In this document: positions 14,301 through 28,367 of the stretch, piece by piece
Position numbering within the stretch: the first letter of the stretch is position 1
Layout of the letters: each line of letters begins with the position of its first letter
DNA from: Schizochytrium sp. TIO01
Taxonomy: Eukaryota > Protista > Bigyra: Labyrinthulomycetes
Direction: 5' to 3'
Assembly (NCBI GenBank): GCA_004764695.1
Contig: SMSO01000032.1
Location: 7,286,483 to 7,350,482 of the forward strand
DNA: 64,000 nucleotides
Program-made: the position numbers and the translations under genes
Notes under the pieces: model-generated
Seen by the model: the letters and a program-made list of their open reading frames with translations, nothing else
Databases searched by the model: none
Told to the model about the DNA's origin: nothing

Positions 14301-17300
14301 CGATAGATGCCTTCGTTATTTATTACTAGTTCATATTATAACAGTAAGAATAGTGCAATTAGCTAGAGTAAACTAATAGCAATCCTGTTTGATCTTAAGA
14401 GTTTCACCATGAATGCCTGGTATCCTCTGAAGACTAAATAAAACATCCCAGGCTCGCAAATATGTTTTCTTTCCATTGGCAGTGACTCACCACCGCCTTA
14501 ACCAGGAAGTATCCCTGCGAATATATGAAGCCTGGAACGTGTTAAGGATAGTATAGAAAATATTCATGGAAAGAAGAGAAGATATCAACAAATGGTAGGC
14601 ACACGCTCGCTCCAATCTTAGGTAGGTCTATTGGGGCTGGTTCATGAAGAAAATGCCTTGTGAGGAAATCAGCCATGGAGCAGATGCAAACCAAGTATAT
14701 CTTGGAGTGGGATCATCCTTTACTTGCCATAACATGTTTGCTTCCTTTCAATTAATTAAAAAAAGGCTTTCATGGCATAAGGTTGTGCAGGTGGTAATAC
14801 TGAGGTTGCTGTAGCAAAGATGTTGATGACGAGACAACACCACACGAACCAGGAAGGGATCTTTCGTTGAGTTGTAATATTTCTACTATACCCCATCAAC
14901 GCAGGTTTCACGATAATCATGAGTAAAATCAATGAAATGCTTTTGGGGAAGTCATCGAAAAGGTCTTCGGGGCTCTTCAAGTATTACCTACCTAGTTACT
15001 TCTCACAGCCAGTAGAACTGTGCATTTCAGATTTTTAGAATAATGAGAAAACCGATCAAAGCACCATATCTGCACTTTGAAATATTGGAGATCTTATGTG
15101 AGAGCCAAGCCAGTCCTCGTCAAGAGTTTTCAAGCTCTCACTTTGTGAATTTGCAGGAAACAGCACAGTCCTATACGGAACGAAGTATTTAAAATGTAAC
15201 GGGCGGTTGCAGTATCATTTTGCAAATACTTTGCGCTGTAGCACTTAATATATTTTAATGGCTACCACAATACTCGAATTCGTCTGCTGGCCGCAAGCGG
15301 TGATCTTTCATTGCAAATTTCAGAAATGACCAGACGCCCTCAACTCAAAAGTTCTACTTTTTTCCCTCAATATTTTTGTTTATATACCATTCGTATCATA
15401 AATATCATTTAATTTCTGCACTAGACATTTCTTTGCAAACTTGTCAAAGTTTCGAGATACCTGCCCTATTCTCACAGCAAAATAGGGCTTTCCCAAACCG
15501 TCGATTTGGTAGCACATTTTGAATTTTTGAAGAATCGCACAAACCATAACTCTGGGGCCTCGAGGTACTGAAGATGATGCCTACATCACATCGAACATTC
15601 TTTGAATCAGCCATTTTTAAGGAAAAGAAAGACCTGGAAATGACTCTGGCTTCATTCTTCACGCCGCACAGGAGGCAGAAAGGACCAGGCTGCCAATCGT
15701 CGAGATTATGCTCAGCTGTTAGGAAACCCGCGGACAGTCGTATCAGGAACCTTCCCAAGTTGAAAACGTCGTCAGAGCGTGCTTGGCTCGACCGTATTAG
15801 AGGCCTACATATGTCGCAGTCCGTAGATGTCAAGTTTGCCAAGAGATTCTTCAAGTTCTTGCAGATGATTGCGGAGAGGAAAAAATATAAAGTTTTTCTT
15901 GAAACTGGGGCTTCTTGCCACTTGAAGGAAGAAGAGGCAATGAAAGTACAACCTATGTATAGTGATAGAGTTCAGTCTCCTTCCTCATAAAACTTTCCAG
16001 AGAAACCTTTCTTTTTGGCCTTTACTCTTATAATAGAAACTGAATTAATATTATAAATTAAATTAACTCAGATACATAAAGCAAAAAAGAAATCATAAGG
16101 ATGAATTACAAATTATTTTATCTCAAATCCTGAATTATTTTTTACTTTTAGTTGTCTATCGATAGAAAAAGAGTAGGTACTTATCTAACATTGCCTAGTA
16201 CATGTGGTAGTAGTGCTGAGGGAAAAATGAAAATTGAAAATATGTTAAGATTGTTAGTTTGTTTGCTTTTTTTGTCTCCCTTTGAACTAAATAAGTGGGC
16301 CATGCATGGATCGAAAAGCTAGATCCATCTGCTATCCGATTCTCGTACTTAGCCTGAGTTTCTTCGCTTTCAAGAATGCTAGTCTGCCCCGAAGTTCTTC
16401 AAATCTCTGATTTGAAAGAATGGAGTTCATTGGTTTGATGCAATGAGGTAGGTAGGTATTTATGGAGTCTAAACTTTGAAATGAAGAAGACGGCTGAGCA
16501 GAGTTAGGCGGATTGGCCCTGCTGAGGGACCACAGTAGGGAGTTGTTGTGGTAGTCCCTACTCACATGAGAAGCTACCAACTCCAGAACAGCCTCGACCC
16601 TTGTGAGGAGGTGTGGGAGGGGCACGCTGATTTTAACAACTTTGAGGGAACCTTAGGCCCTATCGATTAGATAGATTAGATACATGGAATGGATGTTTAT
16701 TTTAATTTAATTTATTTCATTTCATTTTATATCATTTTTGAAGAGATATTGCTCTTTGGCTGCATATTTCCAAAGAAGCAGACGCTGGATATGTTACAGA
16801 GTATTCCATAGAAACGTGATGCCTTAAGTGAAGCAAATAGTAGAAAACATTCCCCAGGCGACATGAGGTATTCGAATTTGCTCGGCTCGAAGCATACTCT
16901 TGGGCCCGGAAAGACAAGCGAAGAGGGAAGCAAAGTTAAACTAAGTGGATGGAGATTCTTGATTCGAACCTTTTGCCATTCTTTCAACTTTTCCTACATC
17001 TTCCTGCTTTTCCTTACTTTTTCCCCTCTTTTTTTAACATTACCTTTTATTGTTATGGGGGGGCGGGGAGACTTTGGCTTTTATTTTCTTTTTTGCCAGT
17101 CCTGTCAGCTAAAGCATTGCTGCAACAAGTTAAATTACCCCTTCTTCGTGTGTTCTGAACTATTCATTTATTTGCCATGACTGCACTATTGTCTTATTCT
17201 TCATCTATCGCAGCCTTTCGCTCAGTTAGTGCTTTGAACTTTTCCTTTAAACGTCTATCCGTACTTTTCTTCCTCTCGCATTTGCATTGGGTTCTTTCTA

Positions 17301-18075
17301 CCTTTCCTTTTTCAATTAGAATGAATGTAATGTTATTTTTATAATACGCTAAAGAGTTCGTGGTAAAAATCACTAAAAGCCTTCTTCTTCGCTGAGGTAA
17401 TTAATTCATGATCAATCAATCAATCAGTCAATGCCATGGACCTCGTTCTTCGCGTTCCCGTGTATACATACATACCAAAAGACACGCGACTTGGACAGCA
17501 TTTGCGGGGCCACTCGGAGACACGGACCCCGTCGTTGTCCAAATGAGCGATGACATTCTCACCTATTATCCGGGAACAGCGAGCAAGATCGAGCTCTTGC
17601 CTGTGGTCCTTAAGTTGTGTGTCTCCTGGGAACAGGAAGATCACATCACAGGGATTGCCAGAGATCTCGGTACGATGAACCCTCTCCGCCAGCCCCGTCT
17701 GACGCAAGCAAGCATCCGCTGCAATAACGGCGCACAAGTAATTTGAGCCATAACTTCACAACTCGAGCGAGCGTTTGCTTTTGTTTTGCGAAATAGCTAC
17801 TGCAAGCATTCACACATACATTCATGATTATGCGATTATGCACGCCGCATCGATGCATGAATGAATGCGTGTAAGGCCAAGGTAGGCAATCAAGCGAAGG
17901 CCCCTTTCGATTCCTGTGAATCTATCGCGGTAATTCTGTTTGCTTACAGGTTCTATCTGTTGACTGCTGCTGTTTGTTTGTTTGTCTGCAGGTTCTCTTT
18001 ATTTCAGGCTGGGGCGGCGAGAACAGGGACCAGAGGCGAAGAGAAGAAGAGCAGAAGAGCAGAAGAGAACGCCCT

Positions 18076-18128
18076 CTCAGTCAGTCAGTCAGGCAGTCAT
18101 TCAGGCAGTCAGTCGGTCGGCCAGTCAG
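18076..18128. repeat. (CAGT)n imperfect microsatellite
   Basis: tcagtcagtcagtcaggcagtcattcaggcagtcagtcggtcggccagtcag. Confidence 0.8.
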
Positions 18129-18910
18129 ACTGTAGTGCGCAACACCTTTGCCAGGAACATAAATATGTGATAGATAATCTAATGCGCGCAATTGTAAGGA
18201 CTCGATACAGTGAGTGAGTGAGGCCTCGTGATAGACCAACTAAAGCAAGAGCCGGGTTGAAACTGTTGGGGAAACTCAGCGACTGGGAACGCACCATGAT
18301 GGTAAGCAAGCGAGCGAGCCTTGGAGTTCATCGAAGAAGAGGTGGCCGCGGCGAGGGGCTGAATCAGTGGATGTCGTTCGAGATGAAAGTAAAGAACGAG
18401 AACTTTGCTGGGTGCGTTTCTTCGCAATGCCAACTTGGGTTGAACGGAGCTGCTTCCTTCCACCATGATGGTGGCCCAGAAAGTTATAGAACATGGATAA
18501 AGTTATGCTTTTATAAAGAAGCTATCAAGTATCGAAAGGTGGCTGGCGTCTACATGGCGAAATATGGATGCCTTTGCTTAAGCTTAATTGTTGCCAAGAG
18601 TTCCCAGAGTTGCCTTTTTTGCTGGAACAAGGTGGCATTTCGCCGCTCTTTCTCTCTCACATTTTACTTGCGATCATATGCTTTGCGAAGATCGAACCAA
18701 ATGACACAAAAATCGCATGGTCTTGTCAAGCAAAAAAGAAAAAAGAGTTGAGATTTGTCTTGTGCACCCAAATTCGTCTTGGGTCAGCGCGAATAATCCT
18801 GTGATGCCACTTATAATAAAAGCAATTTTGTCGATCAAATTCAAGAGTAATTCGGAAATGGTTTTTGCCTCATCAGATTATATAAGACCTTGATTTTCAC
18901 CGAGCAGCAA

Positions 18911-18975
18911 GGCTTGACCGATACAGTCTTAAGTCAATTTCGCAGGGCTTGACCGATACGGTCTTCAAGTCAATT
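18911..18975. repeat. ~30-bp direct repeat (2 copies) with internal TTGAC...GTCAA dyad
   Basis: ggcttgaccgatacagtcttaagtcaatt (18911-18939) and ggcttgaccgatacggtcttcaagtcaatt (18946-18975). Confidence 0.9.
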
Positions 18976-19344
18976 GCCCCGTTCTCCTAAGATCAATCGG
19001 CATCCCAGCATCTGTCCATCACTTCACTGCTTGCAGAACTGGCAGCAAAAGCAGCAGCCAAATGTTCAGGCACAGGTTCTCTGAGCCCGCATTCATTTCC
19101 CTTGCGAACATTTCCCCAGTCCCATTACCTCTGCTGTTCCAGTTCTCCATGTTTACTTAATCTCCTTGGGAGCAGACCGTAGCTACAGATAGCTACTATC
19201 TATGGTCATAATCGTCGCTACCTCGGTACTTTTGGTCCTCATCGAATCGTGAGGAATTCTTATTTGTCCTTCACAGGGACCTTCCTCGCCGCGCCGCCAG
19301 AAACACCACAAAAAACCACGAGGTTTTGCCGCATTTTCACGCAC

Positions 19345-19592
19345 CCATCCATCCATCCACCCATCCACCCATCCATCCATCCATTCAGGCATGCACACAT
19401 GCAAATTCACCTTCTCACACGCTCAATTTTGCGCTGCAAATGCTCTTCTTCTCCACGTTTGTGGAAGCGATTTCGACCCCAGCTATTGACAGATAGATAG
19501 ATAGATAGCTACTTCGCTAAGCATATCTTCTGCCAGACCTTGGAAGCACGCCGCTCCTCTGGGGCTACGTGATTGGCGTCCTCCTCCTCCTC

Positions 19593-19624
<32 letters not shown>

Positions 19625-19801
19625 ATTCGCAATCCTCGCGATGCTGCTCTTCTGCCTTAGGCCGCCAGCCACATATTATTTATCTCCCGCTTCGCGTGCC
19701 TTGGAGAGAGACGAACTTGAAGCCCGGTCAGTGAGTTCCCTGGGGCTCCAGCTATTGATCTTCTCTTCTTCTTCTTCTTCTTCTTCTTCTTCTTCTTCTT
19801 C
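19345..19801. repeat. Cluster of microsatellites: (CCAT)n, (AGAT)n, (CTC)n(CTG)n, (CTT)n
   Basis: Tracts at approximately 19345-19384, 19490-19508, 19579-19624 and 19764-19801. Confidence 0.9.
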
Positions 19802-19836
19802 CCAGCATCGACGTCGCTCTTTGTTGAATCATCCTC

Positions 19837-20050
19837 TGCATTGAATTGCATTGCATTGTCTAAAAACCAACCGCATTGAATTGAATTGAGTTGCATTGCA
19901 TTGCATTAAATTGCATTGCATTAAATTGAATTGAATTGAATTGAATTGAAATGAATTGAATTGAATTGCATTGCATTAAATTGCATTGCATTAAATTGAA
20001 TTGAATTGAATTGAATTGAAATGAATTGAATTAAAATGAATTGCATTACA
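19837..20050. repeat. Pentanucleotide satellite (TTGAA/TTGCA/TTAAA) containing a 70-bp higher-order duplication
   Basis: 19896-19965 and 19966-20035 are 14-pentamer blocks differing at one base. Confidence 0.95.
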
Positions 20051-21185
20051 TTGGCTTGGATTGCTCTCCCAGAAACTGTAGAGAGGCAATCCATGCAGCT
20101 CATTCATATAATGTGTCACTTGGGAGTGTACCTGTCTAGCTAGGTACAGAATGATATAATCAATCACAGAACGAAGGAACTTCAAAATCTGTGAAATCCA
20201 TCGAAGTCACTCTTTCCTCCAGTTTTGTTACACGAGGCTATTAAAAAAGGCTAGGGACAGGGTCCCTCTGTCATAAGGGCCCTGAGTTTCTGCTTCTTTT
20301 TCGCAGTCAGGTGCTTGTTTTTATTTATTTTATAAAATTAATGAAACTAAAATAAGAAAATAACTAGATGACGAACAGTGACAAGTGAATAAATAAGACG
20401 GAGGTTTGTCTCTTTTTGTAATGAGCCTGTCGCTGATATTGCTCATGTTCGTGCAGAGGGGCGGGAGAGGAGCAGAGCGAGAAGGCAGGGATGTCTGCGT
20501 CAACAGTAGCAGTGGAGCTTTACTTCATAGCCAGGGGTGTGGCATCGCGCATCTCGAAACAGCGGTGCGTCCTTCTTCTGCTCTTACTAAACACGAAATA
20601 GACATACATAATATTTCCACACAGCGATGAGAGATAGATACCCACATCCAGTAGCAGCAAGTGCTATACTATCGGCTAGAAGGAGTCCTAGCGCCTTGGC
20701 TCCATCAAAAAATAATAATAATATAATAATAATATAATAAAATAAAGAAAGAAAGGAACTATCAAACAAGCAAAGAAGAAGGAAATCAATCGTGTGGAAA
20801 TAGCTCGCTAATTAAAGATGGAGGCTCGCTGAGCTGAACGCCGACTGGGGGGAAAACAGCGACGGGGCTTACATTGGAATCCAAGGTCTTCAGAGCGAGC
20901 TCAAAGAGATGCATGTACCTATCCACCCATACCGCTGCGACCGAGGCCTGGCTGCGCTTTATTGCCCCATCGCTGCTGTGCACAATGCTTTGGGGTTCGC
21001 CACTTCCCAGTGGCCTGTGTGTCTGGAACGCAGATGAGAAGAACGAGCTCTGCGCAGATTTTGATCGATAAACCAGCGAGCGCTCTTCTAGCTCCGAGTC
21101 CTCTTAAAGCCCCTCTTACTCAGTAGAATGAGCGGCTTTGAATTTGACACAGATATGAGGCATCAATCAGTCAGAACTGTGTGTT

Positions 21186-21323
21186 TGATTGATTGATTCC
21201 ACTCATTCATTCATTTACTCATTCATTCATCCCCTTGATTTTAATTATATGGATGGATTGATTCATTCATTCATTCATTCCATTCACTCATTCCTTCGAT
21301 TTTAATTGGATGGATTGATTAAT
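21186..21323. repeat. Composite ~55-60-bp tandem unit of (GATT)n-(CATT)n-CCTT-GATTTTAATT
   Basis: gattttaatt...tggatggattgatt recurs at about 21237 and 21298. Confidence 0.8.
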
Positions 21324-24300
21324 TGTGTGGAGCTGTTTGCAGAGAACTGGCATCGCGGCACATTGGAATCTGTGGACTGAAATGACTCGGCGAGGGATCG
21401 ATCCATCAAGATTTGGCTGCCAGACATTGATTAGGTCTCAGTGCGACGACTCTCTTCTCCTATTATACACTTCTTATACACGATAGGCCCTCCCTGCGCG
21501 GCCTGTGATCAATCTGTCTGGATCGTCTCGCGGTTCTTTCTTTTATGTTTGTTTGTTTTGTTTATTTTGTTTGTTTGTTTATTTGCTTCATTCCCGTCGT
21601 GCAGCACCTTCTCAGGGTCGCGGACTCTCGACGTTCTTACCTCTGCCATCTGAGGAGCGCGTGCGCTGTCCCTGAGGCCCTGGAAACGCCGACGAAGCGC
21701 GCGACCGACGAACTCAACTTGTGCCGATGGGGCATATTCATTGTCCTTTTATCTATCCGTATCTATATATATGCTGATTATTTTGTTTGTTTGTTTATTC
21801 GATTGCCTCTTTATCTTTTATGTTCAGATTTTCACATCCTTCTTTATTTATTTTAAATAAAAGGTTACCTTTTCAATGGAGACGATATTGTCCTTTAGAA
21901 ATATCCAATACTACCTATGCCTTTTCTTTTCTTTCTTGGAGGTTCTTTTTATTGATGAACAAGCGCACTTCTTCCGTTTTCCCTTTTTCCCCTTTTCTCT
22001 TACTGTAATCTCCAATCCAAGTAGGTAATGAGATTTAAATCATAAGAGAAGATTTTGTTTACCTAATCTACTTTTCATACGATATTAGAAGTCTGTACTA
22101 AAAATAGTTTTCCTCCTTCATATTATTGAGAGAGAAAAAAAAAAAACTTTCATGAAAATTAAATTTTTATTTTATCTTATTTTTCTGGGGAGGAGTAATA
22201 TATCATGGGTGGTATTCGATCCATTCTATCTTGGTATTTTGCAATGACACTTGCGACACATAGCAGTACCACGACCAGGGCAATATTGGTCGAGGGTCGC
22301 CTAATAGTGATATTGAATATTCTTGAATCCCATCTTCGAATCTCGTGCGAATCAGTGCTGGACGCTCCTCTTTCTCTATCGTCTTTATTATGCTTGTGAG
22401 AAAGAGTAAAGATGAAAGAAGGCGCTTTCTACCATTCCTAATATCTGGGGAAAATTAGTGATTCGAATGCATGTTTGCTCACTTTTGCATGATATAGCCC
22501 ATAGATGCCAGCTAGGCATCAGCGTATCGCTCCTGAAAGATATTGTAATTGCACAATTCAGACAGCCTTCAGAAAGGATTAATAATATGTGCGACGCAGT
22601 GGACCCATCCATGCTTTTGCTTCCAATGGTGCCTCAATTATCTATTTAACTCGTATTAGGCACTTCATATTGTACGGAATCAGCACTAATATTACCCTTC
22701 AACAGGTACTACTACAGTAAGAGCCCAGGCTTTCCCTGATGTATGCGTGAATTCGTGAATAAGAATGACTAAAGTCGAGAATGATGGATCGCTCGGACTT
22801 CGGGCAAACAGGAGCGGAAAAGGGTCTCTCCCGTACTTTGACTTCCTCCGCATTGATAAAAGCATATTGATCGATCAAAACAGATTGAATCGATCAATTT
22901 GATTCGACCCTCGTACATATATTGATGATTGATTAAATGATCTCTATCGAAGCTTTTAGGTGATACAGCTACCTACTCAGCGAAACCCAATAAGGCAAGC
23001 CAGCTCAATAGCGCAAAGATCTGATTTGTGTGCAGAGTGGGGAAACAAAATCACCACACCTCCAATCGGTCACAGAAGCTTCTAGGCCGATGGGATGAAG
23101 GAAACCGCAGCGCCCATCTTCACTTCACTTCAAGTTATGAGTAGCCAAGAGGAGGCCAAGCTGAGTGAGAACTTGAACGCGACCGAAGAACTATGCGGCA
23201 GCACGAAGATTGATATTGTTGCATCAAGAATCATTCTATTCTGATTTCTTCTGCCTTGTCCCGATTAACATAGTTATTATCTTCTTTGCGATCATAAAAT
23301 ATTTTAATATATTTTTTATTTAAAAAGTAGCGAAGAGTATTATTAAAATATATATATATGTCCGCACAAAATAAAAGAAAATATTATAGACAATAATGGA
23401 AGAGAGGCTTTCATTCATAAAATAAAATGGAGAACTTGAGATAAAAATAGTTCTTTGAAAGGGGGGATTAAAATATACTAAACATCGATGAAGAATTAGA
23501 AACTCTAGCTATAAATCTTTTAGTTTACATGATAAGGAAGTGCAACTCTGTGATTGGAAAAAGATGAAAAGATGGAGATGGGATAGAAAAGAAAAGGAGA
23601 ACCCAATCCAAAAAGTGAGCTTTTCCCACTGTTGCCTTCTCTGATAGCTTTCAATCTCGAAAAGTCTCAATCGACGGACGATGTTTTTCTTCAACTTCAA
23701 CTAGAGTGTCATTTTGTTTCATTAATTCCCATAATTTCTATAGTGCGACATCATCTTATCAATCTGCAATTTGCTCTAGAGAGCTACAAAGGGATCAGTG
23801 CGTAGATGAAAGGGCTGCCCCAAAGGTTGCGAAATCGCTATATTTCATTTCAGATCAATGGCAAGCGCGGTATGATGTTTTAATTTTCACTTGCTTTTGC
23901 CCCATAATAACTGAGGACAGAATGGGCAAAACCAATGCTAAGGTACCCAGGTCTGTTCTTACAAAAGAAGCCAATCAACCAATTCGAACAACTCACATGT
24001 ATTATTCTCAATCTTCTTTTCTTTTCTTCTCTTCTCTTCTCTTTTCTTCTCTTTTTTTAAATTTATTCAAAAGCCATGGAAGAACCACAATTTGTTTTAA
24101 AGTGAACTATTGGAAGGAGGAGCCCCTTTAATAATGCCGAGACGAGGCTTCTGAAGTGGTATGGCACTGTCAATCATCGAGAAGATATCTTCGACAAAAG
24201 CCACAAAAGTTGAGTTTCACCCAATCGTAAAGTACCTCGTCATGAGTAATCCAAACAGAAGAAAAGCCCGCCTTCGCTAGCAGCTGCTACCGATCGACGG

Positions 24301-25891
24301 GCAATTTCTCCCACCAAGACAAGCTGCGCAGCATAGAGAAGGAACTAAACATGCGCAGATTCTCTGCACCAGCCAAAGCCCAGTAGCTTCAAGGTTTATT
24401 CGTATTATATGCAGTAGTTCCCCGTCTCGAAGTTCTTAGCAAGCTAGCTAGCTCTTTCGCCAGCTAGTGATTCTGATCAAGCAGGAGAGGGTGCACACTT
24501 GTTCATAAGCGACCCCCACTCTTTCCAGGGACCATTGTGTGGACTGGGCTCGCGTACTACCCAGTGCCTGCTGAAAGTAACAAGAGGTTTGCATAATCCA
24601 CATATCGATTGATCTTTAATTCGATTAATGCGAACGAATGAATAGTCAAAAGCTAGCTCTAGCTAGCTAGGTATGCAGCATTCCAAGAAAAGCTTCGCCT
24701 AGCTCATCGGTATTATTTTGACACGCCTTCACGTCATTTGCCAGCTCACATCCTGCGCAAGGGCCCAGAAGCCACCCCTTCATAAGATCAAGAACGATCG
24801 ATGAACCCAGTGCAGAAACTTGAAAGGCCCAAAGACTGCGACATCTTCGGCCCAGAATGATCGGACCCCGCTGCATCGATATCTCATATGCATGCCATTA
24901 TCATTCGTGCACGTACAGAGGCAAGTGCTGCTGCAAAGACTTCGCTTAGGCATCGCTAGGAGAACTCGCTAGAAGGCGAGCGTGAGATTACAGGAGGTCA
25001 CCTGCCCTCATGATGTAAATAAACATCGCGACATTTTCATTTCCATCTTCACCTTCGATTCTAAAAGACTAATTGGCTGAGCTGCTGTTCTTCCTCGTAC
25101 AGGAGATACTAGCATGGGCTACGTCCATGCACTGTGTCCGTGCCTGCGAGTCTGGATCTTGGTCAGCTCCTTTGGCCGGGTTCTGGCCCCACCTCATGGC
25201 ACGAGCGAGTGAACTAGCACATGCAGAGAAAGGCCGCCTGCCTCCCATCCACTCATCCTTCCCCAGTTGGGCTTTTAATTTAGTTGAGAGTTTTACTTTT
25301 AGTTGTTTGAATGTATAATAATTATGATACTATATGTGAATATAAACTGTGAATAAATTACTTTTTATTTTAGGAAAATAAATGAACAGAGACAAAACTT
25401 GAAGCCACGCTTCAAACAGAGTAGAACTTACCTACCAGGGAAGCTCGACAGTAGGGAGGTAGGTACCTATCTATACCTACCTACCTTGGAACTTGAGAAT
25501 GGATGAACTGATTGAAAGTTCATGGTTTAATAGCGTTGTAGCTATTGATACCTAGTAGAGAAAATAAATTAAAAATATCATTACCTACGTACTTACCTAC
25601 CAAAATCGTGTTCAGAGAGAAGAGAACTCCTACGTAGCATAATAGTAGTAGATATGTAAGATGAAAAGAGCATTTCGTTTCCAACTTTCAAAAGCAAAAA
25701 GAATGGAGCTCACCATCTGATATCCAGAAAAGCAGCGCTATTTATTTATTTCAAATCTATATATATATATTTTTAATACAATCAATTTATTTTAACTTTC
25801 TTAACAAAGCTGAGATAGGTCGTCAAATAGAATTATCTAATTTTATTTATTCATAAATTACTTTCCAAAGAAATGATGCCACAAGATGACT

Positions 25892-25918
25892 CACTGACTG
25901 ACTGACTGACTGACTGAC
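25892..25918. repeat. (ACTG)n microsatellite
   Basis: cactgactgactgactgactgactgac. Confidence 0.9.
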
Positions 25919-26264
25919 AGATAAACAGATAGACGGACTCGCCCCTCTAGGCAGCTTGAAGTCTCATCCTGCAGAATCAGCACTCGAGCTCTCCGATTCC
26001 ATCGAGTCTCCAGCCGCAACCTGGATTCCCGCCCGCCAGCACCACGGAGTGGGGATCGTGTGATCGAGGGACGATCATAAGCAGATAACAGGAGATCCCA
26101 AAAGTGCGATCGATGCATGCTTTCACTCCTCTGCAGCCTAACACCACATACCGCCCGATAGGGACATGCAGCTACCTTCCCCTCACGGCCCTTTAATACA
26201 TACAAGATGATGATGATGCATGTACTTCGCACTTCTTTCTCTAGAGCAAAGGTGTGCTCCACAC

Positions 26265-26307
<43 letters not shown>

Positions 26308-26634
26308 GAGGGGAAAAGCGAGCAAACGGAGCGTTACTTTTCCCACACAAGCAAGTGCGACGAGGATGGAGACCAAATCGAGGTACCTCCCTCCCCCTCC
26401 CTCCCTCCCTCCCTCCGCCTTTGCTACGGCTGCTGATGGCCGCTCGCGTGCAAGGAGGTGGAGCGCCGGGAGGGCGAAGAGAGACGCTCCCGTGCAGCAG
26501 TCGAGGCTCGGCCTCTTCTTCTGTGGAGGGAGTTCTGGCATTTCATTTATTTATTTATTTATTTGTTTATTTGTTTATTTGTTTATTTATTTATTTACTA
26601 TGTATTTGTTTGTTTATTTATTTGTTTGTTTATT
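26265..26634. repeat. Microsatellite cluster: (AGAA)n, (CCCT)n, (ATTT/GTTT)n
   Basis: Tracts at approximately 26265-26306, 26387-26415 and 26545-26634. Confidence 0.9.
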
Positions 26635-28367
26635 CGATGCTTCTTACTGATCTGATCCTCTCTCTTGCAAAAAAACAAGGAACACCATGAGTTGGCTCAG
26701 CTGTCTGTCTGATTGCCTGCCTATTCAAGACATGTTGCGCGAGTGGAAAGTAGTACGCACCCACCTGTGGCCCCACGAAAATGACTACAGCTCGATGTAA
26801 AAGATGTAAGATATTCAATTCAGTCTCTTGCGTTGTATGCAAATATTTATGTCTGTCAATATGTATGTATGTCAATATGTATGCATGTTTGTTGTACCTT
26901 CATGAGCTCCCGAGCGAGCTAGGTAATCATTATCTGACCACCAGCTGTCCACCGCTCATTGATCGTCTCCTTGCCGATCCAATCTGAGGCGAGAATACAA
27001 ATGTCAGCCATTCGTACCTGCTCGTGTGCACTTGTGTGGGTGCGCCTGGGTGCGCCTTGAAGAAGCCCAACGTGGCGCACCTCGCTTGGCCACCGAGGAT
27101 GCCTTCACTCACTGAAGCAGCAGGAAATGTAATTTATCCTTCAAGAATCGTCGCGGTAAGTAAGTAGATGACCATTGATGGTGGCAATGTCAAGAATGCT
27201 TGCTTCCTTGTGCTGTCCTAGTTTTGCAAAGTGCTGCTGCAATACAATCAGGTAGGTAGGTAGCCAGGTACAAAGTTGTGCCAGAAGTGTGGTCCTCGCC
27301 GCGAATGCAATGGAGGCCTACGGTCAGCTCCACGCATGCGCTTTTCGGGCTTGGGCTTTGACGAAACCAAACATCTCATGGCTAGCTTATGATACACGAT
27401 CTTGCGGCTAAAAACTCGCCTCATTTTAGCATTAATATGGCAGACATCGTCCGGCACGCGAAAGTTGGAACGTGCTGCCAAGGACACAATCGGTACGTGC
27501 ACCACACACGCGTGTCAGAGTTTCGCCTGAATGATTGATTCTGCAGGTCTCAGAAACAAGGTCTTCTTCATGATCTTTGGAGTTTCATTCACGAGTTTCT
27601 TCTTTTCATCAGCTATTTAGTTTTTTGTCTGCATGCCTGCCACCCACTGCCTAGCCAGCTCATAGCGTTAAGTTATCTGCCTGTCTGCCTATCTGTCGTT
27701 CTGTCTGTCCACAAGTTGGAATCTTGGCGGCACGCACGGTCGTCGACGATCGCCTCATTACGTAGCTATTTACTCCCCCAATGCTAAATCTGCTGCCTCG
27801 CTTGCCATAAACACTACAGCCACACAGCGATGATGATAAAGGCGTTCGCTTCTTCACTATCGTGCAGTGTAGGCACGTACCTATGCAATGAATGAATGAA
27901 TGAACGATTGTTTGATCAGATGATTGAATGATTGATCAGATAAATCAATTGACTGATGACTCTATAAATAAACTAATCCTGGAAACCACCTTCGACTAGC
28001 GCTGGCAAGACCACCTACCAATTGTAGTATCTTTTCGTCCCGCACCCATGCCTGATCCCTCGCTGCATTCGTGGCGCCTGCACTGATTGCTCCAAGTGCG
28101 GCTGGAGTTTCATCGCTCGAGTTACTATTTCCTCGCTCGAGTTAGTTAGGCGCCGGCATGTCTTTCTTGAGTATAAACCAGCTCAGGACAAAGAAACTAC
28201 AGGCGAAGAACAAGTGGGGAGTCCCCGTCTGCTGTGGTCACCTGCTGATCGCCCATGCGCAGAGCCCCACAAAACTTATAAAGTTTTCATTGTGTTGTTT
28301 ATGAATCATCGTGAATCGATCAGCAGAAGATCGATGGATAAACAACTAAAAACACAGACGAATGAGC

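Noticed and set aside
16950-16975. GGTTCGAATC (minus strand) resembling a tRNA T-loop/B-box
   Set aside because: Flanking bases do not form a T-stem or cloverleaf
18218-18751. 177-aa ORF
   Set aside because: GTG start and no recognisable motif; compatible with a chance ORF in a GC-richer block
18911-18975. Possible CRISPR-like repeat
   Set aside because: Only two copies with a 6-bp gap, no spacers, no cas genes, eukaryotic context
19569-19896. Poly-Leu/poly-Ser and poly-Lys ORFs
   Set aside because: Translations of (CTC/CTG)n and (CTT)n microsatellites
4242-25470. AGGTAGGTACCTAT shared at 4242 and 25457
   Set aside because: Low-complexity junction of (TAGG)/(CCTA) proto-microsatellites that are common throughout the desert
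25891-26690. Overlapping 147-216-aa ORFs on both strands
   Set aside because: They span three SSR tracts and a GC-rich block, with no codon bias or domain
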